Part shown: positions 44,386 to 54,996 of the stretch, piece by piece
How positions within the stretch are numbered: position 1 is the stretch's first letter
Layout: each line of letters opens with the position of its first letter
Source of the DNA: an uncultured Eubacteriales bacterium
GTDB lineage: Bacteria; Bacillota; Clostridia; Christensenellales; UBA1242
DNA length: 60,297 nucleotides
Direction: 5' to 3'
Assembly: GCA_948512295.1 (NCBI GenBank)
Contig: CAOQRA010000003.1
Location: 1-60,297, forward strand
Position numbers and translations under genes: made by a program
The notes under the pieces: generated by a model
Databases searched by the model: none
What the model was told of the DNA's origin: nothing
The model's input: the letters and a program-made list of their open reading frames with translations, nothing else

Positions 44386-44426
44386 TTTATAAAAGTCAAT
44401 AGTTTAAATCAAATCACTTCTTTAAA

Positions 44427-44735
44427 TTATAGATAAGACTTTATTGTGTCAAGAGCATCCTCATGCTGCCAAAGACCTATATGTTTATCTCGCTCCTCCC
44501 CATTTTCAAAAATGATGATTGTAGGAATGCTCATTACTCCAAATTTCCTTGCAAGGTCTTCGCTTTCATCTACATCAACCTTGTAGATTTTAACTTTACC
44601 ATCAAGTTCTTCTTCAATTTCCTCTAAAATTGGAGCCATCATTTTACATGGTCCGCACCAGTTTGCAAAAAAGTCGACAACGACAACTCCCTTTTTTGTC
44701 ACTTCATTAAACTCTTTTTCATTTATTACTTTCAT
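44427..44735 (-). CDS. trxA: thioredoxin
   Basis: WCGPCK active site. 102 aa. Confidence 0.9.
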   Translation of the reverse strand: MKVINEKEFNEVTKKGVVVVDFFANWCGPCKMMAPILEEIEEELDGKVKIYKVDVDESEDLARKFGVMSIPTIIIFENGEERDKHIGLWQHEDALDTIKSYL

Positions 44736-45415
44736 TTTCCCTCTCCTTTTAAAAATTTATTTATCACCACAGCCGCAAGTGTGATACCACACATGGCTGG
44801 ATAATAACTGATACTGCCGACTGTGCCGCTGCCCACAGACAAGGCTTTACTTCCCGCACAAACGACTTCTAAGTTTTCAACACCCTCTTGACGTAGTTTT
44901 TTTCGCATTACTTTTGCAAGTCCGTCGTCATGTGTTTTAAATATATCCATAACCTCAAAGTGAGGAATATCGTAGCGGTTGCCCGCCCCCATAGCGCTGA
45001 TGATAGGGATATCATTTTGCTTACAATGTTTGATAAGTGAAACTTTGTCATTTACACTGTCGATTGCATCTATGCACATGTCACAAGAAGTAATTAATTT
45101 TGCCACATTCGTTTCAGTCAGTTGCTCGTTAAAAATTCTAATGTTAAGTTGCGGATTGATTTCAAGCAGTATTTGCTTTAACACCTCAACTTTAATTTTG
45201 CCAATCGTCTTTACATTTGCAACAATTTGACGATTGATATTGGACGAGCTGACTATGTCAAAGTCGACAAGCGTAAGTTTACAGATGCCCGCACGAGCCA
45301 GCATATAAGCCACCCAACCGCCAACTCCGCCCACACCGACAACTATGACATGCTTTTGTTCTAACAATTTAATATTTTCTTTACCTATCAAAATTTGCGT
45401 TCTTGAATTATCCAT
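44732..45415 (-). CDS. tcdA: ThiF/HesA-family adenylyltransferase, TcdA (tRNA t6A dehydratase)-like
   Basis: VVGVGGVGGWVAYMLARAG...VDFD.V..SN.NRQ Rossmann/E1 motif. 227 aa. Confidence 0.8.
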   Translation of the reverse strand: MDNSRTQILIGKENIKLLEQKHVIVVGVGGVGGWVAYMLARAGICKLTLVDFDIVSSSNINRQIVANVKTIGKIKVEVLKQILLEINPQLNIRIFNEQLTETNVAKLITSCDMCIDAIDSVNDKVSLIKHCKQNDIPIISAMGAGNRYDIPHFEVMDIFKTHDDGLAKVMRKKLRQEGVENLEVVCAGSKALSVGSGTVGSISYYPAMCGITLAAVVINKFLKGEGK

Positions 45416-45423
45416 ATTCCCTC

Positions 45424-46719
45424 TTACAGAATAAACTTTTTAAGGTCATATTTTATCTTCATTGTATTAAACGCATTTTGAACATAGCCTCTGTCAATTA
45501 CTACTGGCAGCATAGGATGTTCGCCTGTAGCATTAAAGGAGACATCTTCAAGTAGCGCCTCAAGTATTGTATGCAGTCTACGTGCACCAATATTTTCACT
45601 TGTTTCATTTTCTGTAACCGCAAGTTCTGCAATTTCATCTATGGCGTCATCTGTAAATTTAAGGTCTATATTGTCCACTTCCAATAGACTTTTATATTGC
45701 CAAATTACAGAGTTTTTCGTCTCGCTTAATATACGTCGAAAATCTTCTTTGTTAAGATTGTCAAGTTCTACTCGGATTGGGAATCTACCTTGAAGCTCGG
45801 GAATCATGTCCTCTATGTTAGACACATGAAAAGCCCCCGAAGCGATAAAGAGGATAAAATCCGTTTTCACATTACCATATTTGGTTGCAACCGTGCTGCC
45901 CTCAACAATTGGCAAAATGTCACGTTGAACGCCCTCTCGTGAAACATCTTGATTTTTGCTGCCACCACTGCCGCCTATAATTTTGTCAATTTCATCAATG
46001 AAAATGATACCCTCTTCTTCCGCGCGACGGATTGCCTCTGCATTTACATTTTCATTGTCAATAATTTTATCGCACTCCTCACTAGTCAAAATTTCACGTG
46101 CACGTGCAACAGAAAGTTTGCGTTTCTTGCGCTTTTGTGACATAAACCCATCGAACATGCTGCCTAAGCTTATCTCAGGTCCTCCGACAGCAATCATAGG
46201 CTTAGGAGCATCTAGCACAGAAACTTCAATATTTTCGTTTTCAATTTTGCCTGATTTAAGTTCTTCCGCCACTTGAGCGCGCTCGGCAACTATATCTTTT
46301 GCCCTACGACTATCGCAAATGGCGTCCACAAGTTTTGTTTCAACGATAGGTGCAACTTTCTTTTCTACCTCATGTGTTTTTTCATCCTTGACCATACGCA
46401 CAGAAACTTCCACAAGGTCACGCACCATGCTTTCAACATCACGTCCTACATATCCGACTTCGGTATACTTAGTGGCTTCAATTTTGATAAACGGAGCTTT
46501 TACAAGCTTAGCAAGACGTCTTGCTATTTCCGTTTTACCAACACCAGTAGGACCACGCATAATGATGTTTTTAGGTGTAATTTCCTCACGTTGATCCTTT
46601 GCAAGACGGCTACGTCTATAGCGATTACGAAGAGCAACTGCTACCGCACGCTTTGCTTTAGATTGCCCAATGATATATTTATCAAGTTCATCAACTATTT
46701 GTTTTGGTGTCCAGTTCAT
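45424..46719 (-). CDS. hslU: ATP-dependent protease ATPase subunit HslU
   Basis: TPKQIV..LDKYIIGQ..AKRAVA and Walker A GPTGVGKTEIARRLA. Follows hslV. Confidence 0.93.
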   Translation of the reverse strand: MNWTPKQIVDELDKYIIGQSKAKRAVAVALRNRYRRSRLAKDQREEITPKNIIMRGPTGVGKTEIARRLAKLVKAPFIKIEATKYTEVGYVGRDVESMVRDLVEVSVRMVKDEKTHEVEKKVAPIVETKLVDAICDSRRAKDIVAERAQVAEELKSGKIENENIEVSVLDAPKPMIAVGGPEISLGSMFDGFMSQKRKKRKLSVARAREILTSEECDKIIDNENVNAEAIRRAEEEGIIFIDEIDKIIGGSGGSKNQDVSREGVQRDILPIVEGSTVATKYGNVKTDFILFIASGAFHVSNIEDMIPELQGRFPIRVELDNLNKEDFRRILSETKNSVIWQYKSLLEVDNIDLKFTDDAIDEIAELAVTENETSENIGARRLHTILEALLEDVSFNATGEHPMLPVVIDRGYVQNAFNTMKIKYDLKKFIL

Positions 46720-46721
46720 AT

Positions 46722-47261
46722 TTACACCTCCTCTACTACAATGTTATTATTGGTAAAAATACATATATCGCTGGCAATTTTAAGTGCTTTAAACGCAATA
46801 TCCTTTGCAGAAAGCTTACTATTTTCCATAAGCGCTTTAGCTGCTGCAAGTGCAAAATTACCACCCGAGCCAATCGCACAAACATCGTCGTCAGGCTCTA
46901 ACACTTCGCCGTTGCCACTGACAAGCAGCAATTGATTTTTGTCCGCCACAATCATCATCGCCTCTAACCGTCTTGCCACTTTATCTTCCCGCCAAGTTTT
47001 AGCAAGTTCAACCGCGCTTCTCATTAAATTACCAGAAAATTTATTAAGCATGGCTTCAAAGCGTTCGCTAAGCGAAAAAGCATCTGCAACGCCGCCCGCA
47101 AAACCGATTACAACGCTATCGTTATATATTCTTCGCACTTTTCTAGCACTGCCTTTAAAAACAACGCTTTCACCCATGGTAACTTGTCCATCACCCGCAA
47201 TTGCAATTTTGCCATTTCTTTTCACTCCACATATAGTGGTAGCTTTAAACATCTGTTCCAT
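46722..47261 (-). CDS. hslV: ATP-dependent protease subunit HslV
   Basis: N-terminal TTI and GDGQVT motifs. 179 aa. Confidence 0.93.
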   Translation of the reverse strand: MEQMFKATTICGVKRNGKIAIAGDGQVTMGESVVFKGSARKVRRIYNDSVVIGFAGGVADAFSLSERFEAMLNKFSGNLMRSAVELAKTWREDKVARRLEAMMIVADKNQLLLVSGNGEVLEPDDDVCAIGSGGNFALAAAKALMENSKLSAKDIAFKALKIASDICIFTNNNIVVEEV

Positions 47262-48397
47262 TAAAGTCCCTCCCTTGATTTAAGTATATCATAATTTGCC
47301 ATAATAGGCTTAAAATTTATCGCACTTTGTGCAAATAATTTGTCAATTAATTGTCCATATACGCTTTCTTTATTTGGCGGTGTCATCACCTTTCCATTTA
47401 TATATGCAAGTACATTTTTTGCAACATTAAGTCCACTTGCCATACCTTCCACATGACCGACAAGCCCCGCAATATTTCCTGCAAAAAACAAATTTTCAAT
47501 TTTTTGCGCTTGCCCAAATTCATTAATGACTATTGGTGAATTTAAATAGCTGTTTACAATGGGTTTGCCAGCATTAAGCAAGATGACATTTTCAAGTCCT
47601 TTAATGCTGCGAATAATACGCTCCTGAGCTTGTACACATAAACCGCTGCAAAAATCGCAAATTTCAAAACCGTCTTCAAGTTTATTTAAATGAAGCACGG
47701 CATATGGTCGTTCGCAAGGCAAAAAGACCTCTTTCATGCATTGATTTTTAAGCGCATCTTTGCCTTTAATAACGATATTTTCAATTAAATCGTTAATATT
47801 TTCAGTTATTTGTGCATTATTTCGTTCTTTTATTATACAATTACAAAGTTTAATATACTCTTCATAGCTAAGTGGAAGAAAATATTTATCTTCTAAACAA
47901 TAAAGTTTTTCTTCCAGATTATCACTAGTTATGCAAGGAAACACTTTATAAAAATTAAAGACTTTCATACTGCCAAACATATCTTGAAAATATTGCATAA
48001 GTTGTGGCAACGTATTGTGCCCAGTGGCAACGACATTCACTTCTTTTAAGTTTAATTCATGTATTGCAAGTTCAAAATAATCAATATTTTTGTTTTGTTT
48101 AATAAGCTTAATGCCATACTCTATAACTTTGTCAGCATTGCATTTTTTACTTTGCAAATGGTTTAGTCTTTCTTCTTCATCAATAAGAACGCTTCCAAGT
48201 GCCCGCGTTTCCTTTCTTAATTTTTCTTGAAGTATACAAGTTTGTTTGCTTTGACCGAAAATTTCATAGCCATCGCAAGAGCACGCTTGCATTGGCACAT
48301 TAAACACATGCACTCGCAATCCTCTTTTTGCAAGAGCGAGTGCACATTCAATGCCTGCAAAACCTGCACCAATTACATTGACATGCTGCAAGTTCAC
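47261..48397 (-). CDS. trmFO: TrmFO-like FAD-dependent tRNA methyltransferase (short, divergent)
   Basis: [14 protein letters not shown] dinucleotide fold, [13 protein letters not shown] and [19 protein letters not shown] parallel TrmFO. In the canonical topA-trmFO-hslVU position. 378 aa versus ~435 in Bacillus. Confidence 0.65.
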   Translation of the reverse strand: MNLQHVNVIGAGFAGIECALALAKRGLRVHVFNVPMQACSCDGYEIFGQSKQTCILQEKLRKETRALGSVLIDEEERLNHLQSKKCNADKVIEYGIKLIKQNKNIDYFELAIHELNLKEVNVVATGHNTLPQLMQYFQDMFGSMKVFNFYKVFPCITSDNLEEKLYCLEDKYFLPLSYEEYIKLCNCIIKERNNAQITENINDLIENIVIKGKDALKNQCMKEVFLPCERPYAVLHLNKLEDGFEICDFCSGLCVQAQERIIRSIKGLENVILLNAGKPIVNSYLNSPIVINEFGQAQKIENLFFAGNIAGLVGHVEGMASGLNVAKNVLAYINGKVMTPPNKESVYGQLIDKLFAQSAINFKPIMANYDILKSREGL

Positions 48398-50457
48398 GCA
48401 TTTTCCTCCTTATAATCGCAATCATGATTGCTGCAAATTGTCTTTTGCCCTTTTTTGACAATCGGACTATTACATTTTGGACACTTTTTACCAGTAGTCA
48501 AATCCCAACTCATAAATTTACATTCGGGATAATTTTCACAAGAAAAATATGTCTTTCCATGCTTACTTTTTCGCGCCGTCATTCCGCCGCCGCATTCGGG
48601 ACAGATGCCGCTTGTAAGTTTCTTTTCTTCCACAGGCATTATGTTTCTACATTTAGGAAAGTTTGCACAGCCTAAAAACTTTCCATATTTCCCTTCTCGT
48701 AACAGCATTTTGCCGCCGCATTTATCGCAAACAATGTCAGTTTCTTTAGGCGGCTCTTTCATTGTAACACTGCTTTCATCTGCTTTTTCAAGAAGCCCCT
48801 TAAAGCCATCCCAAAAATTATTTACAACATTATGCCAGTTTTCACCTGTTTCCACAATGTCATCAAGGCGTTTTTCCATATGAGCTGTAAACTTAACATT
48901 TATAACCGAACTAAAAAACTGGTCAAGATATTCAGTTATGTTTCGACCAAGTTTAGTAGGCACAAAATAGCGTCCGTCTTTTTCCGTATAATTACGCGAG
49001 GTTAAAACTTTAATAGTTGGTGCATAAGTAGCAGGTCTACCAATTCCTTTTTCTTCCATTGCCTTAACTAGACTTGATTCTGTATAACGTGTAGGAGGCT
49101 TAGTAAATCTCTGCTCTGGAGTAAGGCTTTTACATTCAAGTATATCTCCTTTCTCCATAGGAGGGAGTTTTCCACTTTCTTCTTTGTTTTCCCCCTCTAC
49201 AAATTCTTTATACACCGAGGTAAAGCCAGGAAAACTCATCGTTCTGCCAGACACGCGAAAGCCATAGTCGCCATTTGAAATACCCACTGAAACATTATAA
49301 TATTCAGCTTCTGCCATTTGGCTTGCAAGGAAACGTTCATAAATAAGTTTATAAAGCTTATAGTGGTCAGGCTCCAGCGTTTCTTTAACGCGCTCTGGCG
49401 TCATCTCCATAGAAATAGGACGTATCGCCTCGTGTGCATCTTGTGCACTTTCTTTTGTGTGATAAATATTAGGTTTAGTTGGTACAAATTTATCGCCATA
49501 TTTTGCTTTTATAAAATCAAGGCAAGCATTTTGAGCGTCTGAAGAAACGCGAACAGAATCCGTTCTGATGTAAGTAACAAGTGCAATTCTGCCCTCTCCC
49601 TTTACTTCAACCCCCTCATATAAAGCTTGAGCAGATGAAGTAATGCGCGCCAAACTCATACCAAGTTTATTTCCAGCATCTTGCTGCATGGTTGAAGTGG
49701 TAAAAGGTGCTGGTGCGTGCTGTTTAGTGGGTCCTTTTTTAACTTCGGTTACCTCATATTTGCCTTCATTAAGTTCATTGACAACGCCCTCGACTTCTTC
49801 CTTATTTTTTGGAACATATTTTTTCTTATTTTTAGTAGTAAGTGCACACTTAACAATAGTTTTATCCTTTTCAAGCCCAGCAGTAATCGTCCAAAATTCC
49901 TCAGGAACAAAGCTTTCAATCTCCTTTTCGCGTTCAACAACAAGCTTAAGAGCCACGGATTGTACACGTCCAGCACTAATTTTAGGAGCAATCTTTTTAC
50001 AAATAATAGGTGAAAGTTTATAACCCACCACACGGTCAAGCACTCTACGAGCCTGCTGTGCATCTACAAGTTTCTTTTCTATAATACGAGGGCTTTCAAG
50101 TGCCTTTGTGACAGCCTTTTTGGAAATTTCATTAAATTCTATTCTGCATTTTTTATTCTGGTCAAACCCTAAAACATGTGCCACATGCCAGCCAATCGCC
50201 TCGCCTTCTCGGTCAGGGTCGGTTGCAATAAATACTTCTTCAGCCTTTGCTGCTTTATTTTTGAGTTCAGATATTAGTTCTTTTTTATCAGCTACTATTT
50301 CATATTTGGGTTCAAAATTATTTTTAACGTCAAGCCCAAAGCTTTTAGGTGGTAAGTCTCTAATATGTCCTTTAGTTGCAAACACTTGATAACCATTGCC
50401 CAAATATTTAGACAATGCCACACTTTTAGATGGACTTTCAATAATCACTAATTTCAA
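48394..50457 (-). CDS. topA: DNA topoisomerase I
   Basis: Toprim MKLVIIESPSK..DPDREGE, active-site region YIRTDS and C-terminal CxxC Zn ribbons. Confidence 0.95.
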   Translation of the reverse strand: MKLVIIESPSKSVALSKYLGNGYQVFATKGHIRDLPPKSFGLDVKNNFEPKYEIVADKKELISELKNKAAKAEEVFIATDPDREGEAIGWHVAHVLGFDQNKKCRIEFNEISKKAVTKALESPRIIEKKLVDAQQARRVLDRVVGYKLSPIICKKIAPKISAGRVQSVALKLVVEREKEIESFVPEEFWTITAGLEKDKTIVKCALTTKNKKKYVPKNKEEVEGVVNELNEGKYEVTEVKKGPTKQHAPAPFTTSTMQQDAGNKLGMSLARITSSAQALYEGVEVKGEGRIALVTYIRTDSVRVSSDAQNACLDFIKAKYGDKFVPTKPNIYHTKESAQDAHEAIRPISMEMTPERVKETLEPDHYKLYKLIYERFLASQMAEAEYYNVSVGISNGDYGFRVSGRTMSFPGFTSVYKEFVEGENKEESGKLPPMEKGDILECKSLTPEQRFTKPPTRYTESSLVKAMEEKGIGRPATYAPTIKVLTSRNYTEKDGRYFVPTKLGRNITEYLDQFFSSVINVKFTAHMEKRLDDIVETGENWHNVVNNFWDGFKGLLEKADESSVTMKEPPKETDIVCDKCGGKMLLREGKYGKFLGCANFPKCRNIMPVEEKKLTSGICPECGGGMTARKSKHGKTYFSCENYPECKFMSWDLTTGKKCPKCNSPIVKKGQKTICSNHDCDYKEENA

Positions 50458-50469
50458 ATTAAGCCTCCA

Positions 50470-51537
50470 TTATGTCAAGCAATATAATCCGCCCGGCATT
50501 CTTCTTATTATCCCATTAATTTCCATCATTGTCAAATAACTATTTAAAGAATTTACATTTAAATTAGAATTTTCTGACAAATAATCGATATCTTTTTCGC
50601 CATTTTTTAGTAAATTGGCTATTTTTTGCTCAATAACATCAAGTTGAACAACTTTTTTTACTTTTTTATTTTCATTTAACCCCATGCTTAACAAAATGTC
50701 ATTTGCTGAAGTGACAGGTTGACCTTGACCCGCTTTAATAATATCATTGGTAAGTTCGCTTTTTTCACTTGTCACATTACCTGGCAAGGCATATACATCA
50801 CGACCATATTCTAAAGCAAAGTCACGAGTATGCGTAGTACCGCTATTCATAGCGGCTTCTGTAATTAATACTCCCTCACTCAAGCCTGCTATAATGCGGT
50901 TACGCTGAGGGAAGTTATATCGAGTAGGCGGTACAGATGGGCAAAACTCACTTACAAGCAACCCTTTTTCACTGATTTCACGTGCAAGATCCGTATGCTG
51001 TGCTGGATAAATTCTATTAAAGCCACAACCAAGCACCGCTATAGTATTGCCACCAACCTCTAGTGCTTTTCGGTGTGAAATACTGTCTACTCCAACCGCA
51101 AGCCCGCTTACAACCGTTACGCCCGCACTTGCCAGCCCCTCAGTCAGCCTATCTGTCATAATTTTACCATAGTTAGTAGGATTACGCGTTCCAACTACTG
51201 CAATACAATGAGTTTCAAATAGTGATAAATTACCTTTGCAAAAAAGATAGTAAGGTGAATCATCTAAACCTTTAAGTCTTGACGGATATTCCCGCGAAAA
51301 CTTAGTAACTATTTTTATATTTTTTTCTTTCAAGTTTGCTAAATATTGGTTAAAAAGCCTCTCGTTTGCTTGTTCTTGCATATGCGCATAAGTTTCTTGA
51401 GAAAACAAGTTACTAAAATTATGCTTCAAAAATGCATCTAAGGAAACTTCGTCCATTTGTTCTAATAAGGTGCCTATCTTTTTAACAGTCAAATTAAACT
51501 GTGAAAGATAAACTAAAAATCTTTCGTTCTCTTCCAT
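50470..51537 (-). CDS. dprA: DNA-processing protein DprA
   Basis: Rossmann-like core AVVGTRNPT.YG....GLAVGVDS.SH. 355 aa, upstream of topA as in Bacillus. Confidence 0.9.
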   Translation of the reverse strand: MEENERFLVYLSQFNLTVKKIGTLLEQMDEVSLDAFLKHNFSNLFSQETYAHMQEQANERLFNQYLANLKEKNIKIVTKFSREYPSRLKGLDDSPYYLFCKGNLSLFETHCIAVVGTRNPTNYGKIMTDRLTEGLASAGVTVVSGLAVGVDSISHRKALEVGGNTIAVLGCGFNRIYPAQHTDLAREISEKGLLVSEFCPSVPPTRYNFPQRNRIIAGLSEGVLITEAAMNSGTTHTRDFALEYGRDVYALPGNVTSEKSELTNDIIKAGQGQPVTSANDILLSMGLNENKKVKKVVQLDVIEQKIANLLKNGEKDIDYLSENSNLNVNSLNSYLTMMEINGIIRRMPGGLYCLT

Positions 51538-51538
51538 T

Positions 51539-53071
51539 TTACCCCCAGTATTTCCTGTCTAATGTACGATAGCTTATCGCCTCTGCAATATGATAAGCTT
51601 GAATATTCTCTTCCCCCTCAAGGTCGGCAATGGTGCGCGCCACCTTTAAAATTCGGTCATGTGCACGTGCGGAAAGCTTAAGTTTATCAAAAGCGTTGCG
51701 TAAAATTTTATCACCTGCTTCGTCAACTTTACAATATTTTTTTGACTGTGTAACAGACATCTTTGCATTTGAAAAGCAATTCGAGCCTTTAAAACGATTA
51801 AGTTGAATTGCTCTTGCCTTATCAACGCGCGCTTTGATATTCGCAGAGTATTCCTCGTCAACTTCGTTTTTAAGGTCGTCATAAGTTACATTATCAACTT
51901 CAATATGGATGTCAATTCTATCCATAATAGGGCCAGAAAGCTTTGCAAGATATTTATGTATTTGTGTAGGCATGCAAGTACATTCTTTAGTTTTGCTGCC
52001 ATAATTTCCGCAAGGACAAGGATTCATAGATGCAATGAGTGTAAAGTTTGCAGGATAAGTAATAGTAGCGTTAGACCTAGCCACAGTTATTACGCCATCT
52101 TCAAGCGGTTGGCGCAGTGTTTCAATTGTATGACGGGTATACTCTGGCATTTCATCTAGAAATAGCACGCCATTATGAGCAAGACTTATTTCGCCCGGTT
52201 TAGATTTACTTCCGCCACCAGTAAGACTTACAGTAGAAGCTGTATGATGAGGACTTCTAAACGGTCTGTTAGATATTATCCCCTTTTTTAAATCTAATTC
52301 GCCAGATACCGAATGAATTTTAGTCACTTCCAAAGCCTCTTCAAAACTAAGATCTGGCAAAATTGATGGGAAACATTTTGCAAGCATGCTTTTGCCGCTG
52401 CCGGGAGGTCCAATCATGATAACATTATGTCCACCCGCTGCTGCAATCTCAAGTGCACGCTTTGCGCGCTGTTGCCCTTTAACATGGCAAAAATCGAGAG
52501 CGTTCACCGTTGACTTTATAACATTTTCATAACTACAAACTCCAACTGGTGAAATTTCCAATTCCCACTTTAAGAAATCAATACATTCTTTTAAACTGCC
52601 CACCGGAAACACTTGAATTCCTTGAATAAAACTTGCCTCTACAGCATTGTCTTTTGGAACTATAAATTTTTTATAACCATAATCTCTTGCTGAGATTAAA
52701 AGCGGTAAAACGCCCTTTACTTGTCGCACTTGCCCGTCAAAAGAAAGCTCTCCAATATAGCAATAATCTTTGTACGTTTTTAAGTTTGTATCCTTATCAA
52801 GTGCAATTATGGAAACCGCCATAGCAAGGTCATAAATTGAGCCCTCTTTTTTGACATCAGCTGGGGCAAGATTGATTGTAATTCTTTTTATAGGATATTC
52901 ATATCCACTGTTGCGCACTGCGGAACGGACGCGCTCTTTAGCTTCTTTGATTGCAGTATCAGCTAAGCCCACCACATCAAAACGAGGCAAGCCGTTAGTT
53001 ATATCAGTTTCAACCTCGACAGGATACCCATCTATTCCAGACAATCCAAAACTTTTAACTTTTGTTAACAT
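51539..53071 (-). CDS. comM: YifB/ComM-family Mg-chelatase-like AAA+ ATPase
   Basis: Lon-like N-terminal domain, Walker A GPPGSGKS, GVLFLDE. 510 aa. Confidence 0.9.
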   Translation of the reverse strand: MLTKVKSFGLSGIDGYPVEVETDITNGLPRFDVVGLADTAIKEAKERVRSAVRNSGYEYPIKRITINLAPADVKKEGSIYDLAMAVSIIALDKDTNLKTYKDYCYIGELSFDGQVRQVKGVLPLLISARDYGYKKFIVPKDNAVEASFIQGIQVFPVGSLKECIDFLKWELEISPVGVCSYENVIKSTVNALDFCHVKGQQRAKRALEIAAAGGHNVIMIGPPGSGKSMLAKCFPSILPDLSFEEALEVTKIHSVSGELDLKKGIISNRPFRSPHHTASTVSLTGGGSKSKPGEISLAHNGVLFLDEMPEYTRHTIETLRQPLEDGVITVARSNATITYPANFTLIASMNPCPCGNYGSKTKECTCMPTQIHKYLAKLSGPIMDRIDIHIEVDNVTYDDLKNEVDEEYSANIKARVDKARAIQLNRFKGSNCFSNAKMSVTQSKKYCKVDEAGDKILRNAFDKLKLSARAHDRILKVARTIADLEGEENIQAYHIAEAISYRTLDRKYWG

Positions 53072-53728
53072 TTATTTTATCCTCAACTTTTTTAGTTCTT
53101 CTTTTTGCAAACTGCTAATTCTATATGAATCACACATTTTTGAAATTGCTTTATTTCTCAAAAATTTGTTGTCAATGCTGGGCAGCAGTTTATAGACATA
53201 ATCGTAGTCATAAACCCCTGCATTTGCGATTGCCCACGCCTGCGCCATTTGGATGTAGTAGTCTTTGTCTTTCACACTCAAAATTTTTGTAAGCGAACTC
53301 GCCACGTCATTTTTAAGTAAGTGGCTCATAATAAAAATAATACCCGAGCGTTTGACAAAAACACCCTCTCGCGTCAAAAGGCTTTCAAAATATTCGCTCT
53401 CACTTTCCATCCTTTTAAGCCTACTGACAATCATATCACAATGTGCCCAATTATCAAAATATTCTACCAAATTATCAAAATATTTTATTTTCTCACTTGG
53501 CGCTATTTTCATTTTTGCAATAACCATGCCTGCAAGAAGTATCTCTTCAAAACTGTCGCGCGCAATCGTGTCGGGATTGACACCCTCGGCTGCCATTACA
53601 TTTGCAAACTGCTGCAAAATACGAGTTTTAACTCCATACACATAATAATTCGTAACTAACAGCCCCTTTTGAAACTCCGCATTAGCCTTGTCTTCATGCT
53701 CACATAAAAACTTTTTAATTTTGTCCAT
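53072..53728 (-). CDS. DNA alkylation repair (AlkC/AlkD-like HEAT-repeat) protein
   Basis: NWAHCDMI and FVKRSGIIF correspond to the recalled W.xCD and f.rR motifs of PF08713. Start moved to ATG 53728 behind AAGGA. Confidence 0.65.
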   Translation of the reverse strand: MDKIKKFLCEHEDKANAEFQKGLLVTNYYVYGVKTRILQQFANVMAAEGVNPDTIARDSFEEILLAGMVIAKMKIAPSEKIKYFDNLVEYFDNWAHCDMIVSRLKRMESESEYFESLLTREGVFVKRSGIIFIMSHLLKNDVASSLTKILSVKDKDYYIQMAQAWAIANAGVYDYDYVYKLLPSIDNKFLRNKAISKMCDSYRISSLQKEELKKLRIK

Positions 53729-53919
53729 TTGTAATTCCTTATATCTCGATTTTAGCACAAAACATAAAATTTAACAAAAATTCCTGTGCATTTTATCCAA
53801 AATTAACCAAAGGCTCTTTAAATATGCTAAAACGACCTCTTCTATAAAAAAATTATAACATACTAAAACAGCCGCCAAATTTGGCGACTATTTTAACATT
53901 TTTTAACGATATACTTTTC

Positions 53920-53949
53920 AAAAAAAGCAGGAGTTATCCTGCACTTTTT
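53920..53949 (-). terminator. intrinsic terminator after rplS
   Basis: Minus strand reads AAAAAAAGTGCAGGA-TAAC-TCCTGCTTTTTTT. Confidence 0.7.
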
Positions 53950-54297
53950 TTAGTTTTCTTTTGACTTAATCTTAGCTGCTTTGCCAGTAAGCTCTCTTAC
54001 ATAGTAAAGTTTTGCGCGTCTTGGGCTACCTTTTCTTACAACTTCAACGCCTGCAACGAGTGGGCTGTGAAGAGGAAAAGTACGCTCAACGCCAACGCCG
54101 TTTGAGTTTTTTCTAACTGTGAAAGTTTCTCTAATTCCGCCGTTCTTTCTAGCGATTACAACGCCCTCATAAGCTTGGATACGCTCTTTATCGCCTTCTT
54201 TAATTTTAACATTGACTTTAACAGTGTCACCAATGTTGAACGTAGGGAGAGTTTCTTTCATGTTTTCTTTTTCAATTTGGTCAATTATATTACTCAT
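53950..54297 (-). CDS. rplS: 50S ribosomal protein L19
   Basis: 115 aa. ...[37 protein letters not shown]... Confidence 0.95.
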   Translation of the reverse strand: MSNIIDQIEKENMKETLPTFNIGDTVKVNVKIKEGDKERIQAYEGVVIARKNGGIRETFTVRKNSNGVGVERTFPLHSPLVAGVEVVRKGSPRRAKLYYVRELTGKAAKIKSKEN

Positions 54298-54329
54298 GAT
54301 TTTTCTCCTTTTATTAAATTTTTTTAATT

Positions 54330-54524
54330 TTAGCCTCTTTTTCTTGCTCTTTTTCTTGCTGCCTCGCGTTTTTTCTTTTTAGCAACGCTAGGCTTGTCAT
54401 AAGCTTCTTTCTTGCGAATATCGCCGATAATGCCGTCTTTTTGGCATTTTCTCTTAAAGCGTTTGAGTGCGCTTTCCAAACTTTCGTTTTCGCCAACCTT
54501 AACTGTAGTCAATCTTCTCACCAC
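54330..54524 (-). CDS. rpsU: 30S ribosomal protein S21
   Basis: [25 protein letters not shown]... The true start may be TTG at 54512, behind AAGGTGGTG. Confidence 0.9.
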   Translation of the reverse strand: MVRRLTTVKVGENESLESALKRFKRKCQKDGIIGDIRKKEAYDKPSVAKKKKREAARKRARKRG

Positions 54525-54621
54525 CTTCTATTTTTAAAGTTCCGTATAAGTATAACTGCTTAAAGATAAAAAGTCAAGGAATTTGACAAAACTTTTCAAG
54601 AAAAAAGTATAAACAATTTGT

Positions 54622-54882
54622 TTATACTTCCCCTTCATTTTCGTTTACTTGGCTTAGAACACGCTTTCCCTCTTCCGACGCTTCCTTAATGATTTGCGTA
54701 TTAGCTTCTAAAATATCCAACTCTCTAGTTAAAATCGCTCTAGTTTCTTCATCATCAATTTGCAATCTTTCTATCACTGATTTAATGATTGATGTAGTAA
54801 GTTCCAAACAAGTTGCACTAGTAGAAGCCTTAACAAGTTGTTTTTTTACTTTTGATAAATCTTTTTCTTCAACCTTTTGCAT
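54622..54882 (-). CDS. hypothetical small acidic helical protein (86 aa), paralogue of 54997..55266
   Basis: C-terminal IIKEASEEGKRVLSQVNENEGEV aligns with IIKSATEAREFFEQMKNEGEAE of the neighbour. Confidence 0.55.
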   Translation of the reverse strand: MQKVEEKDLSKVKKQLVKASTSATCLELTTSIIKSVIERLQIDDEETRAILTRELDILEANTQIIKEASEEGKRVLSQVNENEGEV

Positions 54883-54996
54883 TACAATCTCCTTATAACT
54901 AATATTTTAACCTTGATAATTAATAAGGTCAACAAAATTTACAAAACTTTTATATAAAAAAGAATAAAAGCATATGAATTTATTCTGATTTCTCAT

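Noticed and set aside
54314-54496. 60-aa Lys-rich ORF overlapping rpsU in another frame.
   Set aside because: The overlapping frame encodes a clear S21 ([16 protein letters not shown]...). The alternative frame is a by-product of the Lys/Arg-rich coding sequence.
53950-54524. The unusual adjacency of rpsU and rplS (rplS normally sits with rpsP-rimM-trmD), considered as a sign of rearrangement.
   Set aside because: Gene order of small r-protein genes varies widely among Firmicutes, and nothing else at the junction suggests a mobile or novel element.
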